Below are positions 13,726-28,198 of a DNA stretch of 64,000 bases, one piece after another. A program made the translations under genes and the position numbers. The notes below the pieces were generated by a model that was not told the origin of the DNA, searched no databases, and saw only the letters and a list, made by a program, of their open reading frames with translations. Origin of the DNA: Octopus vulgaris (taxonomy: Eukaryota); assembly GCA_951406725.2 (NCBI GenBank), contig OX597822.1, positions 27,776,001-27,840,000 of the forward strand. The letters run 5' to 3'. Position 1 is the first letter of the stretch. Every line of letters starts with the position of its first letter.

Positions 13726-14443
13726 ATAGCATAACACGACAACAATGCATAAACAACGAAACAACTTTCGCAACCAAATGTCCAGCAGTTCAAAATAAAT
13801 GTGGGAGAACAAAGGAAAGTGAGTAAAAGTGATGCGGATGCTGCTGCGAACATCCCCGCAACAACTATTTTTCCTAACAATTGTGCTGCAAGAGCAACTA
13901 CCGTCAAATGATACAACCAATACCACCTCTTCTACCAGTAGCATGGTTGTTGCTCCTATTTCTACCATCCACTCCTAAAATGACGACGACGACCCAGTAA
14001 CCAGCATTCACTTAATTTAATTTATTCAGTTACAGTATTTTATCATCCTCTTTTATGTTCCTAACTTCTCCTTGTAACGGCGTTATCCTGTTGCTTTACT
14101 ATTTAGTAACCAGCAGAATAAAACGAACCACCAGCACCATTTCAATTTCATAAGAATCACATGTGAACTTCTAGAGCTAATATCATGAAAAGTAATTTTG
14201 ATTTAATATAATTCAATTTATTTTCCCTTCTCTTTCTGCGGACTAAATATATTTTTCATTACAGTCGCCACTTCAGTGTTATTCCGTTGCACGATATTTC
14301 GTCTGTTTCGTGAAATGGCTTTTAATCACCATTCGAACAAGCGATTAATGTTTCATGACTTTCTTAGCGTTACTCAGATGTGTTTCCTGTCTGTCACTCT
14401 GTTAATCTATCTATCTTTAATTTTATATGTCTGCCTATCCTTT

Positions 14444-14500
<57 letters not shown>

Positions 14501-14685
14501 TTCTTCCTGTGAGCACCTTTGAGCACCAAAACATGGATATACTCCAATACGTACACATTTCCAACCACACGCCCTCTTCCAGTTTAAACTTGCCCCCAAG
14601 AATCTCATTCCTATTTAGCTTCTAAACTCTCTTCCTTGTTTCTGTTTTTCTCACCCCCTTTCATTTTCTCACCCCTCTTGTCATT

Positions 14686-14722
14686 TTCTTCTGATGTAGG
14701 ACTCACGTCTGAAACGCTAAGA
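14686..14722 (+). ncRNA. Degenerate minimal hammerhead-like motif in a PLE-type repeat
   Basis: TCTT CTGATGT AGGAC TCAC GTCT GAAAC GCT AAGA. Stems I and II can be drawn, but the core is mutated. Confidence 0.4.
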
Positions 14723-17700
14723 TTATCTTCCTCACTTCTTTTAATGTGTTAAACAAATACAATATTTGTTACAATCTGTCCCTTCTGTGCTGTCTTTTTC
14801 GCTTTTATTCATTACATTTACCATGAATATACACACAATCAGACACCTATACAAACTCACACACATACATACATCCATACAGATATCGCATCTAATGCAC
14901 GACGTTTTTTAAAAGTTTTTATCAAGAATGCTTTCCTATATTTCTTCGAAATACGTGCAGTTTGTTTGGTACTGTGAAGTTTGTAAATGCATCATTGTTT
15001 CTAAGCCTTCATTATTTTGTCTTCATGTAGTGGCGTTGAACTTATTGTTGGTCAGTAATATGTGACGACTTGTGCTTTGTTTGGGACTAGTTTGTGTTGT
15101 TTGCATGCTTAATCTAGTATTTCAAGCGATGAACAAATAACTAATACCATTTACAAATTCGATTGATAACCTGAAAGGTTTAAACTGTAAGACTCTAACT
15201 GTTAATTTTGCCATGCAGTTTTGTCAAAGCAGTGTTAATTCTGAAATGAAAAATCATGTTTATGTACGAATATATTCAGACTAGTGTCTACACCTTTATT
15301 GCTTTTACCGAATACATTTGATGAAATGGCGTAACTACTATATTATTCAAAATTAGTCGTTATATATCAGAGTTTGAGAAGAGTGTATGAATCAAAAGAA
15401 CCCCAAATAATTTCACTAAACTATTGAAATGCGAGTTCAGTAGAAAATTAATGAAACCTTTCCAAGCTCTTTAAATTGAATCGACAACAGATATTCCCAG
15501 CCCGATTTTCAGACTTTGTGTCTATGTTATAAACAATTGTTATACTGAGGATAGGGGCAATAGTTTCGTAGACTTGCTTAAGCAGGGGGAAGCAAATTTG
15601 TTCAGACTCTTTACATTCAGAATGCAATTCTCACTAGCATTTTCTACCATCTTTCTGACATCGAAAGAATCATGTACGAGTCTGAGGCCGATACAGTCAA
15701 CTATAGTTTTTTCGTAAATTTCTACCATTGTGTTTAAGCAAAAAATCATTAATACAAAGGGTTTAAAAACAGTCTACTGTAACACGCTCCGAAAAAAATT
15801 CCTCGTTTGTATAAGAGAAAAATCAATATAATTGGATGAGGAATCGGCAGAATCCTGTGCTCTTGATGAATCAAGCTTAACTGCATTAATATTAAACGAT
15901 TTGGCAATGATATGCGTTAAGTAATTGAATTGGTTTGGCCGTATTTCCAATCAGCTTGTCAATTATTACTAATTTAGGAATAAAAATACAATCAGAATAG
16001 TCTTCATACTATTTAAATGCCAGGTAACAATTTAATGTAACTACTAACTAGTTTCATTCACAATAAGAATTACGCCCACGTTTAACCAAATTGTTTATTC
16101 CAATTGTCAATACGGAAAAATCACGATTACAAAACAAATCTCATTTCATTGTCCTACGTTTATCAAGTACATCAGTAAAATTTCCAAGCTACAATGTATA
16201 CAAAGCAAATTACCGAGAACTCAGTTAAATGGCGTCATAATATATGTATTGCTGTTGGCAGAATTACATTGCACTGCCGAAGATGAACCTATATATTACA
16301 TAATACATTATTAGGAAACTATTCCTGCTGTTACTACCGGTACTACTCTGGATGCCGACGCTGTTCGGGTAATGATATTGCTGCAGCTGCTATTCTTATT
16401 CATCCAAGTTAATATTCGGATAAGGAGTTTAATTAAAATGTAAGGTTACTACGCTAATATGCCTAGAGAATAAACCATATAATTAAAATATCTACGATGT
16501 GATTTGACATTTGTGACTGCATTTGTGCCCGAAATTTCACGAACAAAATATTAAATGTATAAAATTACAGTGAGTAGAAAGTATAAACACATTCAGATTT
16601 GAGATATCAATCTAATTTTCATCGTAGTTGGATTAAGATCCATTATGATTCTGGTCGTAACAAATACCATTTCGCAGTGTCTCTATGAAATATTTCAAGG
16701 ACAAAAGAACAGACCTGATTTGCTCCTCCCAATTAAAATTATGCAAACACTTTATTACATCGTAACCAATTTATTCGGAATTTATTCAACGCTGTCGTTC
16801 TTAAACTAGTAAGTTGTTCCTTTCCCCCATTGGGACTCTATGTAAACGAAAGAAATGAAAATGTGTATATCGTAACGTGGTTATAGACAACGATCGGCAT
16901 CAGTTACTGGATCAAAGAGATTAAAACTCGAAAATGTCTTCTGCAATTTTATTCCGTAATGTAAATCATTTAAAAGTATTATAATATTTGGACTAGAAAT
17001 CCCAGTGTTCCCCAACAATATTAGCAGTATTCCTTAAAGCTATGTGGCATTTAGAATTAGCACTAGAATAATGTAAATCCATAAAAGGTATATATTTGTA
17101 CTAACAGTCTAAAATGTACTCGTCGAATTCGTTATTTACTTCTCCATTATGCAAAATATTGAAAGTTTATATTCAGTGTATTGTTTGCTTGTTACTAAGA
17201 TCAAAAGATATTCACTCCAATGAAGAATAAATATCACTTAATATAGCAGTTATACGTGATCTACTTCAAGTTTTATACAAGAGAAGTGCGGCGTTCAAGC
17301 AAGATTTTACAGCGCATTGTGTTCTATCTGGTCATCGTTAAGACTCATAAAACACGGCTACTCTGTCAGGGGAAACGAGGAAATACAAGAAAACTACTTC
17401 AAAAAGTTTGAGAAAAACATGATATATTTTACAATCTTGGATTGTTGCTGAGGCCAGTTTAATAATTTCCACTTTTCTAATAGAGATTTACCTAAATTGT
17501 GGCGAAAATGTACAGAATCTGGTTCTAGAGAGGAATTTTATTAAGTGACTATTTAGATTAGTATTTGTAGCGCCGGTATGTGTCGATAGTATTAATATTG
17601 TATGAAAGAGAGAATTGTGTTAGTGGTGATAGTATAATGTAATAGGATTTAAAATAGCTGAAACTAGCGCTAGACACCAGAAGTATTCGATAATCTTTAT

Positions 17701-18358
17701 AGTGGCGATACAACGTGGAATGAAAATAAGCTTTAAAGCGAAACGTACTTTTGTGATAATAATATTTCTCAGAGAAACGCGAAGTGTAAATAATGCATTA
17801 GCATGTCTGATAATCGATCTCGCCTCTAATTTTAAACTTTGTACAAAAATGCGCTTGTGTGCAAATATTCTCTGTGGAAATATTGTACGCATCCATGCGG
17901 GTAACAATATTCAATTTAAAAAATTCGATTTCTTCTAGTAAACAGTATGCACGTACATTGATTTCCTTTGAATGGTAGTTATAAAGCATGTGTGCGCGTA
18001 AACGAGTGCATAATACTGAGGGAAAATTTCTAACAATGTTATCAGGCATAAATATAAGACATCTAATGGCTTCTATTGCAAATCTTTCACTATAATTGGA
18101 TATTTTCACTTTGGCACACTGAGAATTATCCCTAAATGCCAACTGTGCTTCGGGTCAACTGAATCGCCTAATCACATGCTTAGAACTTATTTCACTGATA
18201 TCAGAACGAGGATGAACCGAATATATTCAATTGAATTTTCAACTCGAAAGAAACAAACAATTATAAATAGTTTACTCCAGTGCTTTATTGTAATCTCTCT
18301 GTATCCTAATGTATATTTTATTGCATGATATATCGTCTTTTTATGATAGATGTATATA

Positions 18359-19015
18359 TTTGGTCATCCCATAAATAATGGGGCTTTTTCAATTGCATGA
18401 ACTAAAAGTCGGAGGGGGGCGGGATAAGCTAGCTGCATCCACTTACAGTAAAAGCAGGTACTAATTTAGCTTGTGCTTATTCTTAGGGCAAATTTTGAAG
18501 AGTGCAGTTCGATTTTAACAGTTATCTTTTCCAAGTTTTAATAGAAATGACAAAGGAACATATTCGGCATATTTTGCTTTATGAGTTCAATAAAGGCAAC
18601 ATCGCAATGGAAAGCGCTAGAAATATTAATGCCGTATATGGGGATCGAACAATTAACGTAAGCCAGTGTGAACGGTGTTTCCAGAAATTCCAAGCCTAAA
18701 ACTACAGCCTAAAAGACGAGCCTCGTCCTGGAAGATCTGCAGAGCTCGACGAGAACGTCCTGCAAACCCTGGGGGAACAAAATCCCATCGTAAGTGTAGA
18801 GGAACTAGCAAATAAGCTTGAATTTGGTCATTTAACTATTCATCGACACCTGCATGCCATCGGAATAGTCAGCAAATTGGGTGAATGAGTTTCTCACAAA
18901 TTTCCCGAGTCTAATCGCACGCAGAGAATGTGTGCTCCTCTTTGCTGTCAGTTCTGACGTATGAAACTTTTTTGCCCTACCCACCATATTCGGCGGACAT
19001 TGCCCCACCTTACTA
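18359..19015 (+). mobile_element. Decayed mariner transposase pseudogene (5' part, internally deleted)
   Basis: MTKEHIRHILLYEFNKG...FQKF..LKDEPRPGR...TIHRHLHAIG, a mutated WVPH motif, then a jump to PYPPYSADIAP. Stop codons are present and no right TIR is seen. Confidence 0.9.
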
Positions 19016-19179
19016 AAATGTCTATGACCAGCAGTTCAAGTTCCAAATGATGGAAAGTTGTTTTATTAGATATGGCTCTGAAATGTAAACGAAAAGAATT
19101 TATTTCAAATGGCCACAAAATATTTATCTTTCATAAGGAACGTTGTAATTATTGGATAAGTAATATTGATTTCATATTT

Positions 19180-19822
19180 AGGTACAAAGCCATTTATTTC
19201 GGAAGAGGGAGTAAGTAAATTACCTCGATCCCAATGCTGAACTGATACTTATTTTATCGATCCCAAAATGATGAAAGGCAAAGTTGATTTCGGAAGGATT
19301 TGAATTTAGAACGTAAAGAAGGACGAAATACCTATTTCTTTACTACCCACAAGAGGCTAAACACAGAGAGGACAAACAAGGACAGACAAACGGATTAAGT
19401 CGATTAAATCGACCCCAGTGCGTAACTGGTACTTATTTAATCGACCCCGGAAGGATGAAAGGCAAAGACGACCTCGGCGGAATTTGAACTCAGAACGTAA
19501 CGGCAGACGAAATACGGCTACGCATTTCGCCCGGCGTGCTAACGTTTCTGAAAGCTCGCCGCCTTAAAAGGACGAAATACCGCTAAACATTTTGTCCTGC
19601 GCGCTAACGATCCTTCCAACTTGCTACCTTACGTGGAAGAATGAATATTGGCTTCAAACTTTTGCACTAGACTAGCACTTTTTTGTAGCGGGTTCTTGAT
19701 TTATCGATCCCGAAAGACAAAGTCGACCTTAGTAGAATATGAACTCAGAACGTGAGGACGGACGAAATGTCGTTAATCATTTTGCCGGACGTGATAACGA
19801 TTCTGCCAGCTCGACGCCTTAT
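19180..19822 (-). mobile_element. OK-type SINE inserted in another OK-type SINE, plus a third copy
   Basis: The inner copy 19333-19567 is flanked by the 14 bp duplication AAGGACGAAATACC (19319-19332 and 19568-19581). The outer head continues to about 19630, and another copy spans 19650-19822. Confidence 0.9.
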
Positions 19823-20908
19823 ATACACCCGACAGTACTACCATATAACTATCCATTTAAATCTATCTTGATCATGATCACAGTCTAACACAGTGATGGG
19901 AACGAGAATACGAAATACTGTCTACACAGTTTGTTTCCCGAAATCCGCCAAATCCATTCATTTGTCTTTTATAATCTATCTAAATAGCTCGGGGACAGAG
20001 GTTATCCTGATGTCCCAGTTTCGATCGCACGGAATGGAAATTTAAGCAAGAGTCTTTACTATCCCTTGGGTCTACCCATGGTATTCGAAGGAAATCGAGT
20101 GCAAGGGTACTGCGTGGAAATCCATCGGATGGATTGTGCTTCTAATTCCTAGCACCACCAAGATTTATCACAAAAAGTGTAAGGTTTTCGGCTCAGAAAT
20201 TAGCCTAAAAGAATAGGGGCCTCTTAGATACTTAACCACTTATAACTTGATTTAACAAATTCATCCAGAAACTGAAAACTGATCGTCGTACACCGATGAG
20301 TATCCATTATACTAAGTCGTATAATAAACATAATCAGTCATTCCCCTCATATTAAATTATTAGTTTCTCGTTTTTTTGCGGGGGAGGATTTTTTTTTAAT
20401 GATTAGCTAAACTTCTTAGATAGCTGCCGCTATTCTCCCTTTCGCTAGACCATTAGGATAATTGTAATTACGTCCATTCTAATTAAACTCTCTCCTTTGA
20501 TGTTCCGAATACAACATATTACAGCTGAAATATGGATTAGAATTTTAAGCCATTTTGTGACTTGCATAGAGACTGAAAATGTTTTCATTACATGAATACA
20601 AATACACATACACACGCGCACATACATACGCACGCACACACATACACTTACACACGCAAACAAACCTACACACATTCACGCAGAGAGGATAATAGAAAAG
20701 ATAATCCACGTATGTTCACATTTGCGTGTATAGATAATAAGTATATAACTTTATGTGTGTCTGTCTGTGTATTATGCATCCATCCATCCATACACACATA
20801 CATACATACACACATACATACATACACACATACACACATACATACATACATACATACATACATACATACATACATACATACATACATACATACATACATA
20901 CATACATA

Positions 20909-21370
20909 ATGTCATGCACAGTTCTAGAGGTCACCTACCCAGCGGATATGAATATACAATCAAAAGCCCAGGAAAAAGAAAACAGTTATGGCGAATTAAT
21001 GCAGAACCTTCAGCTCTTGTACAATGACTCTAAATTCTCATTTGTACTATCATCATAGGTTTATTAAGTTATGTAGCAGTAAATTTGCACAGAAACCAAG
21101 AAATTCTCGATTTCACGGATGAAGAGCAAAAGAAGCAGTCGCGGATTCTCTAAATCCAATCCTTTAGTATTTCAGTGAAGATTTGTAAGACATTTCAAAA
21201 ATTCTCCATCTGAGATTCTTGGGTCTATGCATCAAAAGTTCAACTAACACAGCCACTCAACCACATATTTGCAAACACTGGGAACTCTCTAAACTTAAAA
21301 CTTTATGTCGCTTTGCAAGCGACCGGCTTGAACTCTCTCAAGAACATGAATAAAACTAATAAGGAAAACA
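20909..21370 (+). mobile_element. 3' fragment of an RLE-type non-LTR retrotransposon (R4/Dong-like)
   Basis: CTVLEVTYPADMNIQSKAQEKENSYGELMQNLQLLYNDSKFSFV..IIG matches the restriction-like endonuclease C-terminus (E..P....K...Y..L). The 3' UTR ends AATAAAACTAA and the 5' junction lies in (CATA)n. Confidence 0.8.
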
Positions 21371-21609
21371 TACATATATCATACGTTAAAATGGCTTGAA
21401 AATAGGGAGAAGAAAAAAGAAATTATGGGATACTGATGCACAAGATGGACCTATGTTATTTGAGATGGGACCAGATGAAGATCAGGCTAACGAGTCAGGA
21501 ATAGAACGCTGCGAATCGGAAGGTAAGAAAGAAAAGGTAGGAAGCCAAAGGGGAATGAATAGCAAACCGGTGCAAAACCACCCAAGCTGGGATAAAGAAA
21601 GGAAACAGC

Positions 21610-22400
21610 AAGGTTGCTTATGAAACCTTCAAAATCCTTACAAAAGCAAAGAAACACACCACCATTATCATTGAGGATAAAACAGACCTGCTTCTCACGG
21701 ATGTAATGATGTCATCAAAAGATGTCATCTGGGAACTGCAAAGATTTTTACAATCACAAACTCAAAAATGACAGCAACATTATAGAAAATCCCAATAACA
21801 ACAGTACACTTGGAAGTACACATATTCTCATGAGAATGTCGAACAGGCTATGATGGAAAATCTCCAGGAGTAGCAGTATCTCTTCAGAGCTTCTAAAATA
21901 TGAGTTTACTATCTGATGCCATGACGATGTTGAACACCAAATGAAAAACAATTCCGTTACATTTTCAACGAGAGTCTCTGATGACTTCGATCGTACCCTA
22001 TGGCTGTGAGAGTTGAACTCTTACAGCTAGCATGGAGAGAAGAATCCAAGGATTTGAGCACAAGTACTTCAGGCTATACAGTCCGTACATAGAGCACAAA
22101 CGAACAGCTCTGTCAGGTTGCAAATAAGTAAATAAGCTACAGACAGGAATCATGCCTTGCGTACGTAAATGGTCGAAAACTGCCACAGTGCGGTCAGTTA
22201 AAGTGCTACAGCTCTTTGTCCAAAGCCATTCTTCAGGGCACAAGGGGATGGTGAAAGAGGGATCTACTGGCCTGACAATACCAAAGACTGAGCAGGTCAC
22301 AACACTGGGAACCTGCAATGCACGACAGAGAACAGCGACCAGTGCCGACGGCTGGCTGGAAAAGCGCCTAGATTGAAACAAAAAGCATCTAGGACAGCAA
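21610..22400 (+). mobile_element. Decayed, internally deleted RTE-clade LINE
   Basis: YGCES*TLTASMERRIQGFEHKYFR and SLSKAILQG..WPDNTKD match the RTE RT C-terminal motifs. An upstream linker-like read AYETFKILTK..IEDK is also present. Confidence 0.8.
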
Positions 22401-22487
22401 TTCCCTTAAGTTGCTGTGGATAAAATATTCTCCCTTATGGTAAGAGGTGTAAATCACCATATCTGCCCACTGCCGCTCCCTACCGGA

Positions 22488-22530
22488 TTTCCAGACGCGT
22501 TTCGGGCTCTTGAGCCGACATCGGTGAAAA
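22488..22530 (-). ncRNA. Minimal hammerhead-like motif (Penelope type)
   Basis: Minus strand: TTTTCA CCGATGT CGGCTC AA GAGCCC GAAA CGCG TC TGGAAA. Stem I, stem II, palindromic CGCG and a GUC site are present; the core has two deviations from CUGANGA. Confidence 0.55.
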
Positions 22531-25279
22531 ATATCGACGTGACAAAGTGAGAAATGCCGAAGTAAGAAATACTCTGGTTAGATTTTAAAGCTGTAGTTAT
22601 AAGTAAAACGCAGTCAACAGCATTGAAAGACTAGTTTAGCTATAAGCGATCTTGAAGTAAGTAAGTAAGTATGTATGTATGTATGTATGTATGTATGTAT
22701 GTATGTATGTATGTATGTATGTATGTATGTATATATGTATGTATACAATTTCAAACACCCCATTCCTCACTGTGTATAAGTACACCCCTTCAATCAGTAT
22801 TGCAGTGCTCAAACTCATTTTTTCATTGAATTCTGTTTGATGTCCCATCAAGCATAAATACAATGCTGGCATCAGGCAGAGAACACATTTTAGGATTGTG
22901 TTGTCGTCTTAGAAGTTAATTGACACAACTACCCCAGCTCATAATACTATAAAACTTATTCTTAAAATCAATCTTTTGATTAAAAACATATTTAATCAAA
23001 TCAGTGTCTCATCTCAGACATTTTTATCTCCGATAAAGGGTAATTACTAACTACATATATAAAATTCTTTTCAACAGTATATATTCGCACATTACAGTTA
23101 AAATATTTATCATTTCATTAATGACTTGGGATGAGACATTAATTCCTGTGATCAAACCTATACAATTTCAAGACAGTCCATTATCCACTTCTATAGTAAT
23201 GAAAAAAACTTTTTAGAAACAGCAGACGCTGCTAACAGCTATACTATGTTTGGTCTATCTTCTCAGTCACTGCGTTATTAATGGATATCTTTAAGAACTT
23301 AAATCAGAATGATGTCGGAGCAACTGTTTAAGAAGTCTGGCATTGTTCAAGATTCTTGAACCAAATTCATTCAAGCCTATATTTTTCTTTCAAATGCAAG
23401 GTGACAGTTATTTGTCATCTCATTAAAACAGATCGTCCTCTCAAACTTTTAATTATCGTTTCAATTATCCTTTTGCTGAAAAGATTACAAGTTAGTTTTT
23501 TTTTTTAATGTAAGCGTATTGTCTGGTGTGAGACGTGACTGGAACTATTTAGGCGTGTCATTTTGTTCATGGTCCAAATGATAGAAGAGTTCATGTAGTA
23601 AAAGCTAACTTAATTCCACAGGGTCAAAATAAATTTGTCAAATATATTTTTGCCTTGACATATATTATTAATGATATCATTATCCAGAGACATTTACGTC
23701 AAAAATCAAATTAATTTTTTTTTATTATTCAACTGTGAAATTATTCATGAGATTGTAATATCTATCTGACTGGACCCCGGGGGTATGTCTAAATGAAAAT
23801 TGGTTCAATTCTGAATACAAGATTTGTTTCCTATATGTCCTAATTTTGATAAAAACATCTTTGGAAAATAGATATGTAAAACAAGACTATATACGATACT
23901 TACTGATTCTGATGTTTTTTAAACCCTATTTACTTTATTTTAAAGTGCTCTCTTGCTGGTTTTTTATTATCGATGAAAACATTTGGGACTTCTAAATTGA
24001 TTACTATTTTACGAAAATATTTATGAAATTATAAGATTTATAAGAGTACACAAATAAACATCATAATAGTTTATTCTAATTGATATTTCATAAAAATAAT
24101 CGTTACTCGATTCCACACCATTACCTATTGGTGTTCACTCTTTATGCAGTGCTTGACTGGATCCCCAGTTTGAGAATACATATCTTGTTTTCCTAGTCTT
24201 AGAAATACTGAAAAATAAAGGTGTTTAGTTTCTACCGTGTCCACCCTGACTAAACGCCCTATATAAAATATAGCTTCGATGCTGATCTGCAAATTTAAAT
24301 TATATGGAAGAGTACATTGAGCTGAGAGTCTGTCTAAAACTGTTGAGGCACACAACATGATGCCCAGATCAATAGTCGAACGAATGTCTGCATGATCTTA
24401 TGATCATGAGTTGAATACCCCCAAGTATTTGCCACGCACGTTCACAATGAAATACTATGACTACAAATATATCTAGACAGTAACAGTTATACAAACTCTC
24501 GGGGCTTTCGATTAACAAATTATTCCACTTTCTACTTGACCGGTTACAGTTTTCCGATGTTTAAAGAACTAACAATTAGAGCGTATTTCAAACAGGAAAA
24601 TATTGAAGAATAAAACACTTCTGCTAATGTATCTCATCTATTTTATTCAGGTATTAACAGTAGACTTCTTTTATCAAATGATAATTGAGAAAAGATAAAA
24701 GAAAGAACCAGTGACCTAATCGTTGATCTATACTTATTGAAATGCGGAGTTGTCGGCAACACCCAACAATTTGTTGGCAGCAAAATCAGTTGCAAAAATA
24801 ACAGGACCAAGTTTTCATATTATTTATTCTTGTTACATTATCTACCCCAACAGCATCGCCTCCACCGCAAACAGCTACCTCCTCGGCTGAAACAACACCA
24901 ACTCCTCCACTACAAACAGCCACGCCACCACAAGTAGCAACTAACATAAATATCATTATTATGTGTACTTCAAATTAACACGACCCGGAAGTGATATTTA
25001 GTAATTTTATATACAAATAGTTGTTGTGAATCTAATCAGCAACACAAAATTGGTTTTATATGCTGCGGAAAAATGAGAATATATTTATAGCTAGTAGTTA
25101 CAGCAAAATTCAGAGAGGAAAGCAGAATTGGAGGAGGAATTCATTAGCAGATTATTCCATAAAAAAGACATAAAACACCATTCAACATTTTCCTTTTCTG
25201 TTATTCCTCCTCTTGTAGCTCTTTCGGTATCATTGAAAGCTATATTCAGTTAAATAAATGAGGAACTTCTACCATAAGA

Positions 25280-25685
25280 TACAAAGCCAAAAATCTGTGA
25301 GGAGGGACTAGTCGATAAATATTAATTCATATGTTTTACAGGTGCTCTATTTTATCGACTTGGAAAGATGATAGACAAAGTGATCCTCGGCGCTGTTCGA
25401 ACACACACCGTAAAACAACGAAATAAATTCTAGCATTCATGTTACGCGACATTCTGTGAAACCAACATGCTTCCCTAAATCATTTGTAATATAGGTGCAA
25501 TACCTGAAATTTTAGGGGAAGTGGCTAAGTTGATTACATCAATCCCAGTAGTAGCTATTTTACCAATCCCGAGAGGATGAAAACTAAAATCGATCTCAGC
25601 GGAATTTGAACTGAGAAAGTAAGGATGGACGAAATGCCGCTAAGCATTTTGACCGGCGTGCTAAAGATTCTGTCAGCTCGCCACC
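25280..25685 (-). mobile_element. Two decayed OK-type SINE copies
   Basis: Degenerate cores near 25360 and 25580, with a head at about 25680. Confidence 0.7.
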
Positions 25686-25936
25686 ATATCGACAACACGC
25701 ATATTCATAATATTGTTATATCTGGAGATGGTCATCTTTTTATCAATTAAACACATGCACTATTTATTTCATCTTCATTTTAGCTTTACAATTTTTATTA
25801 GTTCATTTGTCAGAGATATTTCGTCACACATTCTGTCATCTCTTCAACGACTTTCTGTCCCTCGTGTTTCTCCCTCTCGCGTCTTAGCCCGCCTGTTCCA
25901 TTTTCCCATATTCACGTAAAAGTCATAATATTTATA

Positions 25937-26145
25937 CAGTAAATCGTGGTGTTACGTACCAAAAACCCCGCTATAGGTGAAAATCCGAGAAGTAGAAACA
26001 GTACTGTACTGCATATTTTTTCGTCATTTTTATAATTTGTATATATTTGTTTTATTATAAATGCAAAGCAACACCATGGAGGACTCGACGCAAACTTAAA
26101 TAATAAACCGCGATGGGGGAAACGCGATATGGGGATGGATTACTG
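25937..26145. mobile_element. Pogo/Tigger-like MITE remnant
   Basis: TA|CAGTAAATC ... GGATTACTG|TA termini with subterminal CGCGAT motifs. Confidence 0.55.
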
Positions 26146-26449
26146 TAATGTTTTCTGATTGAGGCTAACGTGCAGTTATTTCGAGGACAAGGTTGTAATC
26201 GATTACGTCGATTATATTACCTGATTGCTGTGTTTTATACACATTGAAAGGATGAAAAGCAAAGTTGATCTCTTGACGTAAAAAGCAGGAACGGACACTT
26301 TTCCGACGCACCAACAATTCAATCTATACACGAAACCAGTTGTTATAATGGTTTCTGATAGAGAAACAAGGCCAATAACCATGACGAGAGCAGATTAGTT
26401 GATGCCATCGATCTTGTAAATACATATGTGCACATGTGTGTGTGCGTGC

Positions 26450-26483
<34 letters not shown>

Positions 26484-26500
26484 ATCTTCCTGTGTGTATG

Positions 26501-26722
26501 CCATTGTTCAGTTTTATTTCGATTTCTTACCAACAGAGAAAGAGCCGGTTTCTAACCTAGATTCAAGGCTCCATCATTGGAATTTCAACATCAACAACAG
26601 AGTATTTTTGTATGTATGTATGTATGTATGTATGCATGTATGCATATATGTATGTGTGTGTATGTATGTATGTATCTATGTATATGTGCAGATTTGTGTT
26701 TTGCTTTAAGTAATTTCTCATA
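26501..26722 (-). mobile_element. 3' UTR-only copy of the R4/Dong-like element
   Basis: Homologous to 30808-31110 (CCGGTTTCTAACCTAGAT..CATTGGAATTTCAACATCAACAACAG plus internal (TATG)n). The 5' junction lies in (TATG)n. Confidence 0.75.
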
Positions 26723-27019
26723 AGTATGTATGTATGTATGTATGTAAAGTGGTATTTCCCACGATCTTACCTCTCCTGAAACAGCTTAAACCACTTGATT
26801 CTTAATATCTCTATTAACACCTATATCATGCTTTGGGTAGTATATACGACTGTGACTGATAAATTTCATGAGGGATTGAAAGCATATTTTAGTGTGGGCG
26901 CTAAGTCCCATGACATCGTTACCACATCTTTGTAAAAGAGTGTATGCTTGTACAAGAACTCAACAGCCACATCCGTGCTGCTCATGTTTAGGAGAACAAC
27001 GACATGGCATTGCAAGAAA

Positions 27020-27230
27020 TGTGTGTTTGTGTTTGTCCTCCCAACATCGCTTGACAACAGATCCTGGTGTGTTTACGTCCCCGTAACTTAGCGGTTCGGC
27101 AAAAGAGATCCGATAGAATAAGTACTAGGCTTACAAAGAATAAGTCGTGGTGTCGATTTGTTCGACTAAAGGCAGTGCTCCAACATGGCCACAGTCAAAT
27201 GACAGAAACAAGTAAAAGAGAAAAGAGAAA
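27020..27230 (+). mobile_element. 3' half of SINE family B
   Basis: Matches 2950-3140, including the tail CATGGCCACAGTCAAATGAC. Confidence 0.85.
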
Positions 27231-27688
27231 GAGATGGAAAATAAATAACCTACGCCTGTGTCAGGCAGCAAAGTAACCATCCCAAAATTTTAAATGATAT
27301 TCAAGCCGTACGTCCGTATGCTGTCCATATCCCAATAATATTCAGAATCGGATATCACCTGAAAAGATGTAGTAAACACCATATCAATGTATTACGATTT
27401 TGGTGTATGTCTGTATACATGCGCGCGTGCGCGTACACACGGCAACATACATTAGTGACTTATATAATTATGTTTGATCATAAATAAAAGATGTGTTAGC
27501 CTTGCCTGAAGCGTCTTTGATAACAGACCTATCCGAACGGAGCTGACCTCAAGGCTAAGTAAGCAACGAATATTACAACGTTTTATTATTCTCAAGGGTT
27601 CCTATTGAGAGTTATTAAAGATAGATTATCCTATCTTATACAAATAGGAAGTAAAGCAATCGCTAGATATAAATATAAGTAGAATCAT

Positions 27689-28148
27689 TTCTTCTTCTTC
27701 TTCCTCTTCTCCTTCTTCTTCTTCTCCTTCTTCTTCTTCTCCTTCTTCTTCTTCTCCTTCTTCTTCTTCTTCTACTTTCTTTTCTCCTTCCTCTTCTTCG
27801 TCTTCTTCTTCTTCTTCTTTCTCTTCTTCTTCTTCTTTCTCTTATTCGTCTTCTTCTTCTTTCTCTTATTCGTCTTCTTCTTCTTCTTTCTCTTCTTTCT
27901 TTTCTTCTTCTTCTTCTTTCTCTTCTTCTTCTTCTTTCTCTTATTCGTCTTCTTCTTCTTCTTTCTCTTATTCGTCTTCTTCTTCTTCTTTCTCTTCTTT
28001 CTCTTCTTCTTCTTCTTCTTCTTCTTCTTCTCCTCCTTCTTCTTTCTCGTTTTCTTTCGTTTCTTCTTCTTCTTCTTCTTCTTCTTCTTCTTCTTCTTCT
28101 TCTTCTTCTTTCTCTTCTTCTTTTTCTTCTTCTTCTTCCTCCTCTTCT

Positions 28149-28198
<50 letters not shown>

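Noticed and set aside
13698-13968. Hydrophobic minus-strand ORFs resembling membrane peptides
   Set aside because: The underlying DNA looks like decayed triplet repeats (AAC/GCT/ACC), with no family motif.
17620-18142. Overlapping 78-114 aa ORFs
   Set aside because: No recognisable domain or consistent splice structure.
20445-21027. ORFs of poly-YIHT/MYVC, poly-YI, poly-HT/CV and poly-I/S type here and throughout the window
   Set aside because: They are translations of (CATA)n, (TA)n, (CA)n and triplet microsatellites, not genes.
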